DNA of 64,000 nucleotides from Plasmodiophora brassicae (Eukaryota): NCBI GenBank assembly GCA_036867785.1, contig CP145418.1, positions 1,116,001 to 1,180,000 of the forward strand, read 5' to 3'. Shown piece by piece: positions 51,501 to 64,000 of this stretch (position 1 is its first letter; each line of letters starts with the position of its first letter). The notes under the pieces were generated by a model. It saw only the letters and a program-made list of their open reading frames with translations, ran no database searches and was not told where the DNA came from. The position numbers and the translations under genes were made by a program.

Positions 51501-54500
51501 GTCAACGCCCCTATAACGACTATCGTCGGGCAGCTCGCTCTGGATGGCGATTACGATCCGACGTCGGGCGGGCGGACTGCATTCGCCGCCAGCGCCACGC
51601 TTTCGGCTAAAACGAACCTGCTGCTGTGCCCGAGGTCCCGCAGCGCCATCGACGTGGTTGCCCCTGCGACCTGGTCCGCCCAGGGCAACGTCCAGTTGTA
51701 CACGGGTGTGCGCACGACCGGCAGCGGGTCGACGCTCTCCATCCTAGCGGACAGTGCCGCGGCTGGCTCTGGTCAGCTGATCTTCGCTGGCACGGCAAAC
51801 ATATCGGTTCAAGCCCCGGTCGTCAGCACGGTCTACCTTCGCGCCAGCGCCATGCAGTGGTCGACAGGGTTCCGGCTATCGGCGTCGTCGGCTACCGTCG
51901 TCATTGACAAGAGCACGTCGTCGGCGTTCTCAGTTGGCGTCGGCGGTGCCTGACCGACGCGATGCTGCTGATGGTCACGACGACAGGTGTATTGCAGGTC
52001 GGGGACACCCTGGTCTCAGATTTGTCGGTTGTCGGGTTTGACCGATCGACACGTTCGGAGTCGCTGCTCAGCCTGCGGGCTTCGAATTCCGTGACGTTCT
52101 CCACGTCGGCCACGACCGTGTACGCGAACCTGTACGTGTCCACGGCCGGCAACGTCGCTGTCAACACCGCGCTGCACGTGCCGAACGGGTACGTCCAGAT
52201 CTTCGCGGATAACGATGCCAACCTGGCTGGCTCGTTTACCGTCGCGGCGTCGACGACGATCACGGTGTCGCTGGCGCTGACGAGCTTTTCGGTTTCGTGC
52301 GCCGACGTCGTCATCGGCAACGGCGCATCACTGGCCCTCTCTACTGCAAGCGTGTCGATTTCCAGCACGAGCACGTTGCCGATCCAGTTTGGCGGGTCGT
52401 CGTCGTCTGGCACCTGGGTCGACATATCGTCGACCGAGGCGGCATCCATCACGACGTCGACGTCGTGGAAGCTGATCAGCAAGATTATCACGATCCGGGC
52501 GCTGTCGTCCGGCACAGTTGTCGGGTCGGTCGAGCTGGACGCCCGTGTTTCCGGCGGGCAGATTACGTTCAGCGCGTCGTCCGTCTTCGACAGCCTGAAT
52601 GCGACCGCTGAGGCCGGGCTGGCTGTCAACGCCCCTATAACGACTATCGTCGGGCAGCTCGCTCTGGATGGCGATTACGATCCGACGTCGGGCGGGCGGA
52701 CTGCATTCGCCGCCAGCGCCACGCTTTCGGCTAAAACGAACCTGCTGCTGTGCCCGAGGTCCCGCAGCGCCATCGACGTGGTTGCCCCTGCGACCTGGTC
52801 CGCCCAGGGCAACGTCCAGTTGTACACGGGTGTGCGCACGACCGGCAGCGGGTCGACGCTCTCCATCCTAGCGGACAGTGCCGCGGCTGGCTCTGGTCAG
52901 CTGATCTTCGCTGGCACGGCAAACATATCGGTTCAAGCCCCGGTCGTCAGCACGGTCTACCTTCGCGCCAGCGCCATGCAGTGGTCGACAGGGTTCCGGC
53001 TATCGGCGTCGTCGGCTACCGTCGTCATTGACAAGAGCACGTCGTCGGCGTTCTCAGTTGGCGTCGGCGGTGCCCTGACCGACGCGATGCTGCTGATGGT
53101 CACGACGACAGGTGTATTGCAGGTCGGGGACACCCTGGTCTCAGATTTGTCGGTTGTCGGGTTTGACCGATCGACACGTTCGGAGTCGCTGCTCAGCCTG
53201 CGGGCTTCGAATTCCGTGACGTTCTCCACGTCGGCCACGACCGTGTACGCGAACCTGTACGTGTCCACGGCCGGCAACGTCGCTGTCAACACCGCGCTGC
53301 ACGTGCCGAACGGGTACGTCCAGATCTTCGCGGATAACGATGCCAACCTGGCTGGCTCGTTTACCGTCGCGGCGTCGACGACGATCACGGTGTCGCTGGC
53401 GCTGACGAGCTTTTCGGTTTCGTGCGCCGACGTCGTCATCGGCAACGGCGCATCACTGGCCCTCTCTACTGCAAGCGTGTCGATTTCCAGCACGAGCACG
53501 TTGCCGATCCAGTTTGGCGGGTCGTCGTCGTCTGGCACCTGGGTCGACATATCGTCGACCGAGGCGGCATCCATCACGACGTCGACGTCGTGGAAGCTGA
53601 TCAGCAAGATTATCACGATCCGGGCGCTGTCGTCCGGCACAGTTGTCGGGTCGGTCGAGCTGGACGCCCGTGTTTCCGGCGGGCAGATTACGTTCAGCGC
53701 GTCGTCCGTCTTCGACAGCCTGAATGCGACCGCTGAGGCCGGGCTGGCTGTCAACGCCCCTATAACGACTATCGTCGGGCAGCTCGCTCTGGATGGCGAT
53801 TACGATCCGACGTCGGGCGGGCGGACTGCATTCGCCGCCAGCGCCACGCTTTCGGCTAAAACGAACCTGCTGCTGTGCCCGAGGTCCCGCAGCGCCATCG
53901 ACGTGGTTGCCCCTGCGACCTGGTCCGCCCAGGGCAACGTCCAGTTGTACACGGGTGTGCGCACGACCGGCAGCGGGTCGACGCTCTCCATCCTAGCGGA
54001 CAGTGCCGCGGCTGGCTCTGGTCAGCTGATCTTCGCTGGCACGGCAAACATATCGGTTCAAGCCCCGGTCGTCAGCACGGTCTACCTTCGCGCCAGCGCC
54101 ATGCAGTGGTCGACAGGGTTCCGGCTATCGGCGTCGTCGGCTACCGTCGTCATTGACAAGAGCACGTCGTCGGCGTTCTCAGTTGGCGTCGGCGGTGCCC
54201 TGACCGACGCGATGCTGCTGATGGTCACGACGACAGGTGTATTGCAGGTCGGGGACACCCTGGTCTCAGATTTGTCGGTTGTCGGGTTTGACCGATCGAC
54301 AACGTTCGGAGTCGCTGCTCAGCCTGCGGGCTTCGAATTCCGTGACGTTCTCCACGTCGGCCACGACCGTGTACGCGAACCTGTACGTGTCCACGGCCGG
54401 CAACGTCGCTGTCAACACCGCGCTGCACGTGCCGAACGGGTACGTCCAGATCTTCGCGGATAACGATGCCAACCTGGCTGGCTCGTTTACCGTCGCGGCG

Positions 54501-57500
54501 TCGACGACGATCACGGTGTCGCTGGCGCTGACGAGCTTTTCGGCTTTCGTGCGCCGACGTCGTCATCGGCAACGGCGCATCACTGGCCCTCTCTACTGCA
54601 AGCGTGTCGATTTCCAGCACGAGCACGTTGCCGATCCAGTTTGGCGGGTCGTCGTCGTCTGGCACCTGGGTCGACATATCGTCGACCGAGGCGGCATCCA
54701 TCACGACGTCGACGTCGTGGAAGCTGATCAGCAAGATTATCACGATCCGGGCGCTGTCGTCCGGCACAGTTGTCGGGTCGGTCGAGCTGGACGCCCGTGT
54801 TTCCGGCGGGCAGATTACGTTCAGCGCGTCGTCCGTCTTCGACAGCCTGAATGCGACCGCTGAGGCCGGGCTGGCTGTCAACGCCCCTATAACGACTATC
54901 GTCGGGCAGCTCGCTCTGGATGGCGATTACGATCCGACGTCGGGCGGGCGGACTGCATTCGCCGCCAGCGCCACGCTTTCGGCTAAAACGAACCTGCTGC
55001 TGTGCCCGAGGTCCCGCAGCGCCATCGACGTGGTTGCCCCTGCGACCTGGTCCCGGCCCAGGGCAACGTCCAGTTGTACACGGGTGTGCGCACGACCGGC
55101 AGCGGGTCGACGCTCTCCATCCTAGCGGACAGTGCCGCGGCTGGCTCTGGTCAGCTGATCTTCGCTGGCACGGCAAACATATCGGTTCAAGCCCCGGTCG
55201 TCAGCACGGTCTACCTTCGCGCCAGCGCCATGCAGTGGTCGACAGGGTTCCGGCTATCGGCGTCGTCGGCTACCGTCGTCATTGACAAGAGCACGTCGTC
55301 GGCGTTCTCAGTTGGCGTCGGCGGTGCCCTGACCGACGCGATGCTGCTGATGGTCACGACGACAGGTGTATTGCAGGTCGGGGACACCCTGGTCTCAGAT
55401 TTGTCGGTTGTCGGGTTTGACCGATCGACACGTTCGGAGTCGCTGCTCAGCCTGCGGGCTTCGAATTCCGTGACGTTCTCCACGTCGGCCACGACCGTGT
55501 ACGCGAACCTGTACGTGTCCACGGCCGGCAACGTCGCTGTCAACACCGCGCTGCACGTGCCGAACGGGTACGTCCAGATCTTCGCGAGAGAGCGAGGCCA
55601 ACCCTGCTTCATCGTTTACCGTCGCGGCGTCGACGACGATCACGGTGTCGCTGGCGCTGACGAGCTTTTCGGTTTCGTGCGCCGACGTCGTCATCGGCAA
55701 CGGCGCATCACTGGCCCTCTCTACTGCAAGCGTGTCGATTTCCAGCACGAGCACGTTGCCGATCCAGTTTGGCGGGTCGTCGCCGTCTGGCACCTGGGTC
55801 GACATATCGTCGACCGAGGCGACATCCATCACGACGTCGACGTCGTGGAAGCTGATCAGCAAGATTATCACGATCCGGGCGCTGTCGTCCGGCACAGTTG
55901 TCGGGTCGGTCGAGCTGGACGCCCGTGTTTCCGGCGGGCAGATTACGTTCAGCGCGTCGTCCGTCTTCGACAGCCTGAATGCGACCGCTGAGGCCGGGCT
56001 GGCCGTCAACGTCTCTATAACGACTATCGTCGGGCAGCTCGCCTGGATGGCGATTACGATCCGACGTCGGGCGGGCGGACCGCATTCGCCGCCAGCGCCA
56101 CGCTTTCGGCTAAACGAACCTGCTGCTGTGCCCGAGGTCCTGCAGCGCCATCGACGTGGTTGCCCCTGCGACCTGGTCCGCCCAGGGCAACGTCCAGTTG
56201 TACACGGTGTGCGCACGACCGGCAGCGGGTCGACGCTCTCCATCCTAGCGGACAGTGCCGCGGCTGGCTCTGGTCAGCTGATCTTCGCTGGCACGGCAAA
56301 CATATCGGTTCAAGCCCCGGTCGTCAGCACGGTCTACCTTCGCGCCAGCGCCATGCAGTGGTCGACAGGGTTCCGGCTATCGGCGTCGTCGGCTACCGTC
56401 GTCATTGACAAGAGCACGTCGTCGGTGTTCTCAGTTGGCGTCGGCGGTGCCCTGACCGACGCGATGCTGCTGATGGTCACGACGACAGGTGTATTGCAGG
56501 TCGGGGACACCCTGGTCTCAGATTTGTCGGTTGTCGGGTTTGACCGATCGACACGTTCGGAGTCGCTGCTCAGCCTGCGGGCTTCGAATTCCGTGACGTT
56601 CTCCACGTCGGCCACGACCGTGTACGCGAACCTGTACGTGTCCACGGCCGGCAACGTCGCTGTCAACACCGCGCTGCACGTGCCGAACGGGTACGTCCAG
56701 ATCTTCGCGGATAACGATGCCAACCTGGCTGGCTCGTTTACCGTCGCGGCGTCGACGACGATCACGGTGTCGCTGGCGCTGACGAGCTTTTCGGTTTCGT
56801 GCGCCGACGTCGTCATCGGCAACGGCGCATCACTGGCCCTCTACTGCAAGCGTGTCGATTTCCAGCACGAGCACGTTGCCGATCCAGTTTGGCGGGTCGT
56901 CGTCGTCGGGCACCTGGGTCGACATATCGTCGACCGAGGCGGCATCCATCACGACGTCGACGTCGTGGAAGCTGATCAGCAAGATTATCACGATCCGGGC
57001 GCTGTCGTCCGGCACAGTTGTCGGGTCGGTCGAGCTGGACGCCCGTGTTTCCGGCGGGCAGATTACGTTCAGCGCGTCGTCCGTCTTCGACAGCCTGAAT
57101 GCGACCGCTGAGGCCGGGCTGGCTGTCAACGCCCCTATAACGACTATCGTCGGGCAGCTCGCTCTGGATGGCGATTACGATCCGACGTCGGGCGGGCGGA
57201 CTGCATTCGCCGCCAGCGCCACGCTTTCGGCTAAAACGAACCTGCTGCTGTGCCCGAGGTCCCGCAGCGCCATCGACGTGGTTGCCCCTGCGACCTGGTC
57301 CGCCCAGGGCAACGTCCAGTTGTACGGGTGTGCGCACGACCGGCAGCGGGTCGACGCTCTCCATCCTAGCGGACAGTGCCGCGGCTGGCTCTGGTCAGCT
57401 GATCTTCGCTGGCACGGCAAACATATCGGTTCAAGCCCCGGTCGTCAGCACGGTCTACCTTCGCGCCAGCGCCATGCAGTGGTCGACAGGGTTCCGGCTA

Positions 57501-60500
57501 TCGGCGTCGTCGGCTACCGTCGTCATTGACAAGAGCACGTCGTCGGCGTTCTCAGTTGGCGTCGGCGGTGCCCTGACCGACGCGATGCTGCTGATGGTCA
57601 CGACGACAGGTGTATTGCAGGTCGGGGACACCCTGGTCTCAGATTTGTCGGTTGTCGGGTTTGACCGATCGACACGTTCGGAGTCGCTGCTCAGCCTGCG
57701 GGCTTCGAATTCCGTGACGTTCTCCACGTCGGCCACGACCGTGTACGCGAACCTGTACGTGTCCACGGCCGGCAACGTCGCTGTCAACACCGCGCTGCAC
57801 GTGCCGAACAGGTACGTCCAGATCTTCGCGGATAACGATGCCAACCTGGCTGGCTCGTTTACCGTCGCGGCGTCGACGACGATCACGGTGTCGCTGGCGC
57901 TGACGAGCTTTTCGGTTTCGTGCGCCGACGTCGTCATCGGCAACGGCGCATCACTGGCCCTCTCTACTGCAAGCGTGTCGATTTCCAGCACGAGCACGTT
58001 GCCGATCCAGTTTGGCGGGTCGTCGTCGTCTGGCACCTGGGTCGACATATCGTCGACCGAGGCGGCATCCATCACGACGTCGACGTCGTGGAAGCTGATC
58101 AGCAAGATTATCACGATCCGGGCGCTGTCGTCCGGCACAGTTGTCGGGTCGGTCGAGCTGGACGCCCGTGTTTCCGGCGGGCAGATTACGTTCAGCGCGT
58201 CGTCCGTCTTCGACAGCCTGAATGCGACCGCTGAGGCCGGGCTGGCTGTCAACGCCCCTATAACGACTATCGTCGGGCAGCTCGCTCTGGATGGCGATTA
58301 CGATCCGACGTCGGGCGGGCGGACTGCATTCGCCGCCAGCGCCACGCTTTCGGCTAAAACGAACCTGCTGCTGTGCCCGAGGTCCCGCAGCGCCATCGAC
58401 GGTTGCCCCTGCGACCTGGTCCGCCCAGGGCAACGTCCAGTTGTACACGGGTGTGCGCACGACCGGCAGCGGGTCGACGCTCTCCATCCTAGCGGACAGC
58501 GCCGCGGCTGGCTCTGGTCAGCTGATCTTCGCTGGCACGGCAAACATATCGGTTCAAGCCCCGGTCGTCAGCACGGTCTACCTTCGCGCCAGCGCCATGC
58601 AGTGGTCGACAGGGTTCCGGCTATCGGCGTCGTCGGCTACCGTCGTCATTGACAAGAGCACGTCGTCGGCGTTCTCAGTTGGCGTCGGCGGTGCCCTGAC
58701 CGACGCGATGCTGCTGATGGTCACGACGACAGGTGTATTGCAGGTCGGGGACACCCTGGTCTCAGATTTGTCGGTTGTCGGGTTTGACCGATCGACACGT
58801 TCGGAGTCGCTGCTCAGCCTGCGGGCTTCGAATTCCGTGACGTTCTCCACGTCGGCCACGACCGTGTACGCGAACCTGTACGTGTCCACGGCCGGCAACG
58901 TCGCTGTCAACACCGCGCTGCACGTGCCGAACGGGTACGTCCAGATCTTCGCGGATAACGATGCCAACCTGGCTGGCTCGTTTACCGTCGCGGCGTCGAC
59001 GACGATCACGGTGTCGCTGGCGCTGACGAGCTTTTCGGTTTCGTGCGCCGACGTCGTCATCGGCAACGGCGCATCACTGGCCCTCTCTACTGCAAGCGTG
59101 TCGATTTCCAGCACGAGCACGTTGCCGATCCAGTTTGGCGGGTCGTCGTCGTTTGGCACCTGGGTCGACATATCGTCGACCGAGGCGGCATCCATCACGA
59201 CGTCGACGTCGTGGAAGCTGATCAGCAAGATTATCACGATCCGGGCGCTGTCGTCCGGCACAGTTGTCGGGTCGGTCGAGCTGGACGCCCGTGTTTCCGG
59301 CGGGCAGATTACGTTCAGCGCGTCGTCCGTCTTCGACAGCCTGAATGCGACCGCTGAGGCCGGGCTGGCTGTCAACGCCCCTATAACGACTATCGTCGGG
59401 CAGCTCGCTCTGGATGGCGATTACGATCCGACGTCGGGCGGGCGGACTGCATTCGCCGCCAGCGCCACGCTTTCGGCTAAAGCGAACCTGCTGCTGTGCC
59501 CGAGGTCCCGCAGCGCCATCGACGTGGTTGCCCCTGCGACCTGGTCCGCCCAGGGCAACGTCCAGTTGTACACGGTGTGCGCACGACCGGCAGCGGGTCG
59601 ACGCTCTCCATCCTAGCGGACAGTGCCGCGGCTGGCTCTGGTCAGCTGATCTTCGCTGGCACGGCAAACATATCGGTTCAAGCCCCGGTCGTCAGCACGG
59701 TCTACCTTCGCGCCAGCGCCATGCAGTGGTCGACAGGGTTCCGGCTATCGGCGTCGTCGGCTACCGTCGTCATTGTTAAGAGCACGTCGTCGGCGTTCTC
59801 AGTTGGCGTCGGCGGTGCCCTGACCGACGCGATGCTGCTGATGGTCACGACGACAGGTGTATTGCAGGTCGGGGACACCCTGGTCTCAGATTTGTCGGTT
59901 GTCGGGTTTGACCGATCGACACGTTCGGAGTCGCTGCTCAGCCTGCGGGCTTCGAATTCCGTGACGTTCTCCACGTCGGCCACGACCGTGTACGCGAACC
60001 TGTACGTGTCCACGGCCGGCAACGTCGCTGTCAACACCGCGCTGCACGTGCCGAACGGGTACGTCCAGATCTTCGCGGATAACGATGCCAACCTGGCTGG
60101 CTCGTTTACCGTCGCGGCGTCGACGACGATCACGGTGTCGCTGGCGCTGACGAGCTTTTCGGTTTCGTGCGCCGACGTCGTCATCGGCAACGGCGCATCA
60201 CTGGCCCTCTCTACTGCAAGCGTGTCGATTTCCAGCACGAGCACGTTGCCGATCCAGTTTGGCGGGTCGTCGTCGTCTGGCACCTGGGTCGACATATCGT
60301 CGACCGAGGCGGCATCCATCACGACGTCGACGTCGTGGAAGCTGATCAGCAAGATTATCACGATCCGGGCGCTGTCGTCCGGCACAGTTGTCGGGTCGGT
60401 CGAGCTGGACGCCCGTGTTTCCGGCGGGCAGATTACGTTCAGCGCGTCGTCCGTCTTCGACAGCCTGAATGCGACCGCTGAGGCCGGGCTGGCTGTCAAC

Positions 60501-63500
60501 GCCCCTATAACGACTATCGTCGGGCAGCTCGCTCTGGATGGCGATTACGATCCGACGTCGGGCGGGCGGACTGCATTCGCCGCCAGCGCCACGCTTTCGG
60601 CTAAAACGAACCTGCTGCTGTGCCCGAGGTCCCGCAGCGCCATCGACGTGGTTGCCCCTGCGACCTGGTCCGCCCAGGGCAACGTCCAGTTGTACACGGG
60701 TGTGCGCACGACCGGCAGCGGGTCGACGCCTCCATCCTAGCGGACAGTGCCGCGGCTGGCTCTGGTCAGCTGATCTTCGCTGGCACGGCAAACATATCGG
60801 TTCAAGCCCCGGTCGTCAGCACGGTCTACCTTCGCGCCAGCGCCATGCAGTGGTCGACAGGGTTCCGGCTATCGGCGTCGTCGGCTACCGTCGTCATTGA
60901 CAAGAGCACGTCGTCGGCGTTCTCAGTTGGCGTCGGCGGTGCCCTGACCGACGCGATGCTGCTGATGGTCACGACGACAGGTGTATTGCAGGTCGGGGAC
61001 ACCCTGGTCTCAGATTTGTCGGTTGTCGGGTTTGACCGATCGACACGTTCGGAGTCGCTGCTCAGCCTGCGGGCTTCGAATTCCGTGACGTTCTCCACGT
61101 CGGCCACGACCGTGTACGCGAACCTGTACGTGTCCACGGCCGGCAACGTCGCTGTCAACACCGCGCTGCACGTGCCGAACGGGTACGTCCAGATCTTCGC
61201 GGATAACGATGCCAACCTGGCTGGCTCGTTTACCGTCGCGGCGTCGACGACGATCACGGTGTCGCTGGCGCTGACGAGCTTTTCGGTTTCGTGCGCCGAC
61301 GTCGTCATCGGCAACGGCGCATCACTGGCCCTCTCTACTGCAAGCGTGTCGATTTCCAGCACGAGCACGTTGCCGATCCAGTTTGGCGGGTCGTCGTCGT
61401 CTGGCACCTGGGTCGACATATCGTCGACCGAGGCGGCATCCATCACGACGTCGACGTCGTGGAAGCTGATCAGCAAGATTATCACGATCCGGGCGCTGTC
61501 GTCCGGCACAGTTGTCGGGTCGGTCGAGCTGGACGCCCGTGTTTCCGGCGGGCAGATTACGTTCAGCGCGTCGTCCGTCTTCGACAGCCTGAATGCGACC
61601 GCTGAGGCCGGGCTGGCTGTCAACGCCCCTATAACGACTATCGTCGGGCAGCTCGCTCTGGATGGCGATTACGATCCGACGTCGGGCGGGCGGACTGCAT
61701 TCGCCGCCAGCGCCACGCTTTCGGCTAAAACGAACCTGCTGCTGTGCCCGAGGTCCCGCAGCGCCATCGACGTGGTTGCCCCTGCGACCTGGTCCGCCCA
61801 GGGCAACGTCCAGTTGTACACGGGTGTGCGCACGACCGGCAGCGGGTCGACGCTCTCCATCCTAGCGGACAGTGCCGCGGCTGGCTCTGGTCAGCTGATC
61901 TTCGCTGGCACGGCAAACATATCGGTTCAAGCCCCGGTCGTCAGCACGGTCTACCTTCGCGCCAGCGCCATGCAGTGGTCGACAGGGTTCCGGCTATCGG
62001 CGTCGTCGGCTACCGTCGTCATTGACAAGAGCACGTCGTCGGCGTTCTCAGTTGGCGTCGGCGGTGCCCTGACCGACGCGATGCTGCTGATGGTCACGAC
62101 GACAGGTGTATTGCAGGTCGGGGACACCCTGGTCTCAGATTTGTCGGTTGTCGGGTTTGACCGATCGACACGTTCGGAGTCGCTGCTCAGCCTGCGGGCT
62201 TCGAATTCCGTGACGTTCTCCACGTCGGCCACGACCGTGTACGCGAACCTGTACGTGTCCACGGCCGGCAACGTCGCTGTCAACACCGCGCTGCACGTGC
62301 CGAACGGGTACGTCCAGATCTTCGCGGATAACGATGCCAACCTGGCTGGCTCGTTTACCGTCGCGGCGTCGACGACGATCACGGTGTCGCTGGCGCTGAC
62401 GAGCTTTTCGGTTTCGTGCGCCGACGTCGTCATCGGCAACGGCGCATCACTGGCCCTCTCTACTGCAAGCGTGTCGATTTCCAGCACGAGCACGTTGCCG
62501 ATCCAGTTTGGCGGGTCGTCGTCGTCTGGCACCTGGGTCGACATATCGTCGACCGAGGCGGCATCCATCACGACGTCGACGTCGTGGAAGCTGATCAGCA
62601 AGATTATCACGATCCGGGCGCTGTCGTCCGGCACAGTTGTCGGGTCGGTCGAGCTGGACGCCCGTGTTTCCGGCGGGCAGATTACGTTCAGCGCGTCGTC
62701 CGTCTTCGACAGCCTGAATGCGACCGCTGAGGCCGGGCTGGCTGTCAACGCCCCTATAACGACTATCGTCGGGCAGCTCGCTCTGGATGGCGATTACGAT
62801 CCGACGTCGGGCGGGCGGACTGCATTCGCCGCCAGCGCCACGCTTTCGGCTAAAGCGAACCTGCTGCTGTGCCCGAGGTCCCGCAGCGCCATCGACGTGG
62901 TTGCCCCTGCGACCTGGTCCGCCCAGGGCAACGTCCAGTTGTACACGGGTGTGCGCACGACCGGCAGCGGGTCGACGCTCTCCATCCTAGCGGACAGTGC
63001 CGCGGCTGGCTCTGGTCAGCTGATCTTCGCTGGCACGGCAAACATATCGGTTCAAGCCCCGGTCGTCAGCACGGTCTACCTTCGCGCCAGCGCCATGCAG
63101 TGGTCGACAGGGTTCCGGCTATCGGCGTCGTCGGCTACCGTCGTCATTGACAAGAGCACGTCGTCGGCGTTCTCAGTTGGCGTCGGCGGTGCCCTGACCG
63201 ACGCGATGCTGCTGATGGTCACGACGACAGGTGTATTGCAGGTCGGGGACACCCTGGTCTCAGATTTGTCGGTTGTCGGGTTTGACCGATCGACACGTTC
63301 GGAGTCGCTGCTCAGCCTGCGGGCTTCGAATTCCGTGACGTTCTCCACGTCGGCCACGACCGTGTACGCGAACCTGTACGTGTCCACGGCCGGCAACGTC
63401 GCTGTCAACACCGCGCTGCACGTGCCGAACGGGTACGTCCAGATCTTCGCGGATAACGATGCCAACCTGGCTGGCTCGTTTACCGTCGCGGCGTCGACGA

Positions 63501-64000
63501 CGATCACGGTGTCGCTGGCGCTGACGAGCTTTTCGGTTTCGTGCGCCGACGTCGTCATCGGCAACGGCGCATCACTGGCCCTCTCTACTGCAAGCGTGTC
63601 GATTTCCAGCACGAGCACGTTGCCGATCCAGTTTGGCGGGTCGTCGTCGTCTGGCACCTGGGTCGACATATCGTCGACCGAGGCGGCATCCATCACGACG
63701 TCGACGTCGTGGAAGCTGATCAGCAAGATTATCACGATCCGGGCGCTGTCGTCCGGCACAGTTGTCGGGTCGGTCGAGCTGGACGCCCGTGTTTCCGGCG
63801 GGCAGATTACGTTCAGCGCGTCGTCCGTCTTCGACAGCCTGAATGCGACCGCTGAGGCCGGGCTGGCTGTCAACGCCCCTATAACGACTATCGTCGGGCA
63901 GCTCGCTCTGGATGGCGATTACGATCCGACGTCGGGCGGGCGGACTGCATTCGCCGCCAGCGCCACGCTTTCGGCTAAAACGAACCTGCTGCTGTGCCCG
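27504..64000 (+). CDS. Giant secreted filamentous-haemagglutinin-like (TpsA/HMW1-like) beta-helical repeat protein; 3' end beyond window; interrupted by scattered indels from ~36.8 kb
   Basis: Exon 1 27504-27552, intron 27553-27601, then a frame open for >3000 codons. Signal peptide; motifs GGLIEVGG, GDAGTIILLS, GEAGFIEISS, GSSGTLLLDP; then 375-aa S/T/A/V/G-rich repeats. Confidence 0.8.
29620..30727 (+). repeat. Diverged first copy ('unit 0') of the 375-aa repeat
   Basis: Colinear with the consensus unit (IQFGGS, SVELNARATGG, SLNATA, LVLDGDY, PASWSA, AFQWSNGFSLSA, VVID, TTTGTLQLGDT, GFDRS..ESLLS) but heavily substituted. Confidence 0.85.
30728..64000 (+). repeat. Coding tandem array of 1125-bp units, about 30 copies (last partial), mostly near-identical
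   Basis: Identical shadow ORFs recur at 30936, 32061, 33189, 34314, 35439 ... 61291, 62416, 63541 (period 1125 = 375 codons; one unit carries an in-frame +GGG near 32460). Confidence 0.98.

Noticed and set aside
30669-63873. Recurrent antisense 265-aa ORFs and short alternative-frame ORFs (MRRRRHRQ.., MAITIRRR.., MPEVPQR..) in every repeat unit
   Set aside because: Shadow frames of a GC-rich coding repeat; they recur only because the DNA is duplicated and are not conserved in diverged unit 0.
30728-64000. Array as CRISPR, rDNA or non-coding satellite
   Set aside because: No spacers and no rRNA motifs; the period is a multiple of 3 and continues in frame from a unique N-terminus.
27504-64000. 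Bacterial contaminant contig joined to eukaryotic DNA
   Set aside because: The plausible start needs a GT-AG intron of the local size class, and there is no TPS NPNG motif or TpsB partner; not formally excluded without reads.

Overview
Gene-dense, GC-rich eukaryotic (protist) nuclear DNA with many short (~50-60 nt) GT-AG introns. The style resembles plasmodiophorids such as Plasmodiophora (inference only). 0.6-16 kb holds a prokaryote-type dCTP deaminase, a TTLL tubulin ligase, a membrane protein, an F-box/ankyrin protein, an NTE/PNPLA6-type patatin esterase, a TPR-SET methyltransferase, a second membrane protein, a USP protein and a bifunctional HPPK-DHPS. 16-22 kb is a rearranged, decayed island: a partial DHPS duplication, a broken membrane-protein gene, a ~380-bp near-perfect palindrome and a 66-bp inverted repeat pair. 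22-27.2 kb holds TEL2, a DMT/purine-permease-like transporter and a small GNAT. From 27.5 kb to the window end lies one giant, apparently secreted gene. It has a eukaryotic signal peptide split by a 49-nt intron, a region with hallmark motifs of bacterial filamentous-haemagglutinin/TpsA (HMW1-like) beta-helical adhesins, one diverged repeat unit, and then about 30 near-identical in-frame 1125-bp (375-aa) tandem repeats running off the window. If the scattered indels are assembly errors the protein exceeds 12,000 aa. All family calls come from motif recognition by eye; no searches were run.
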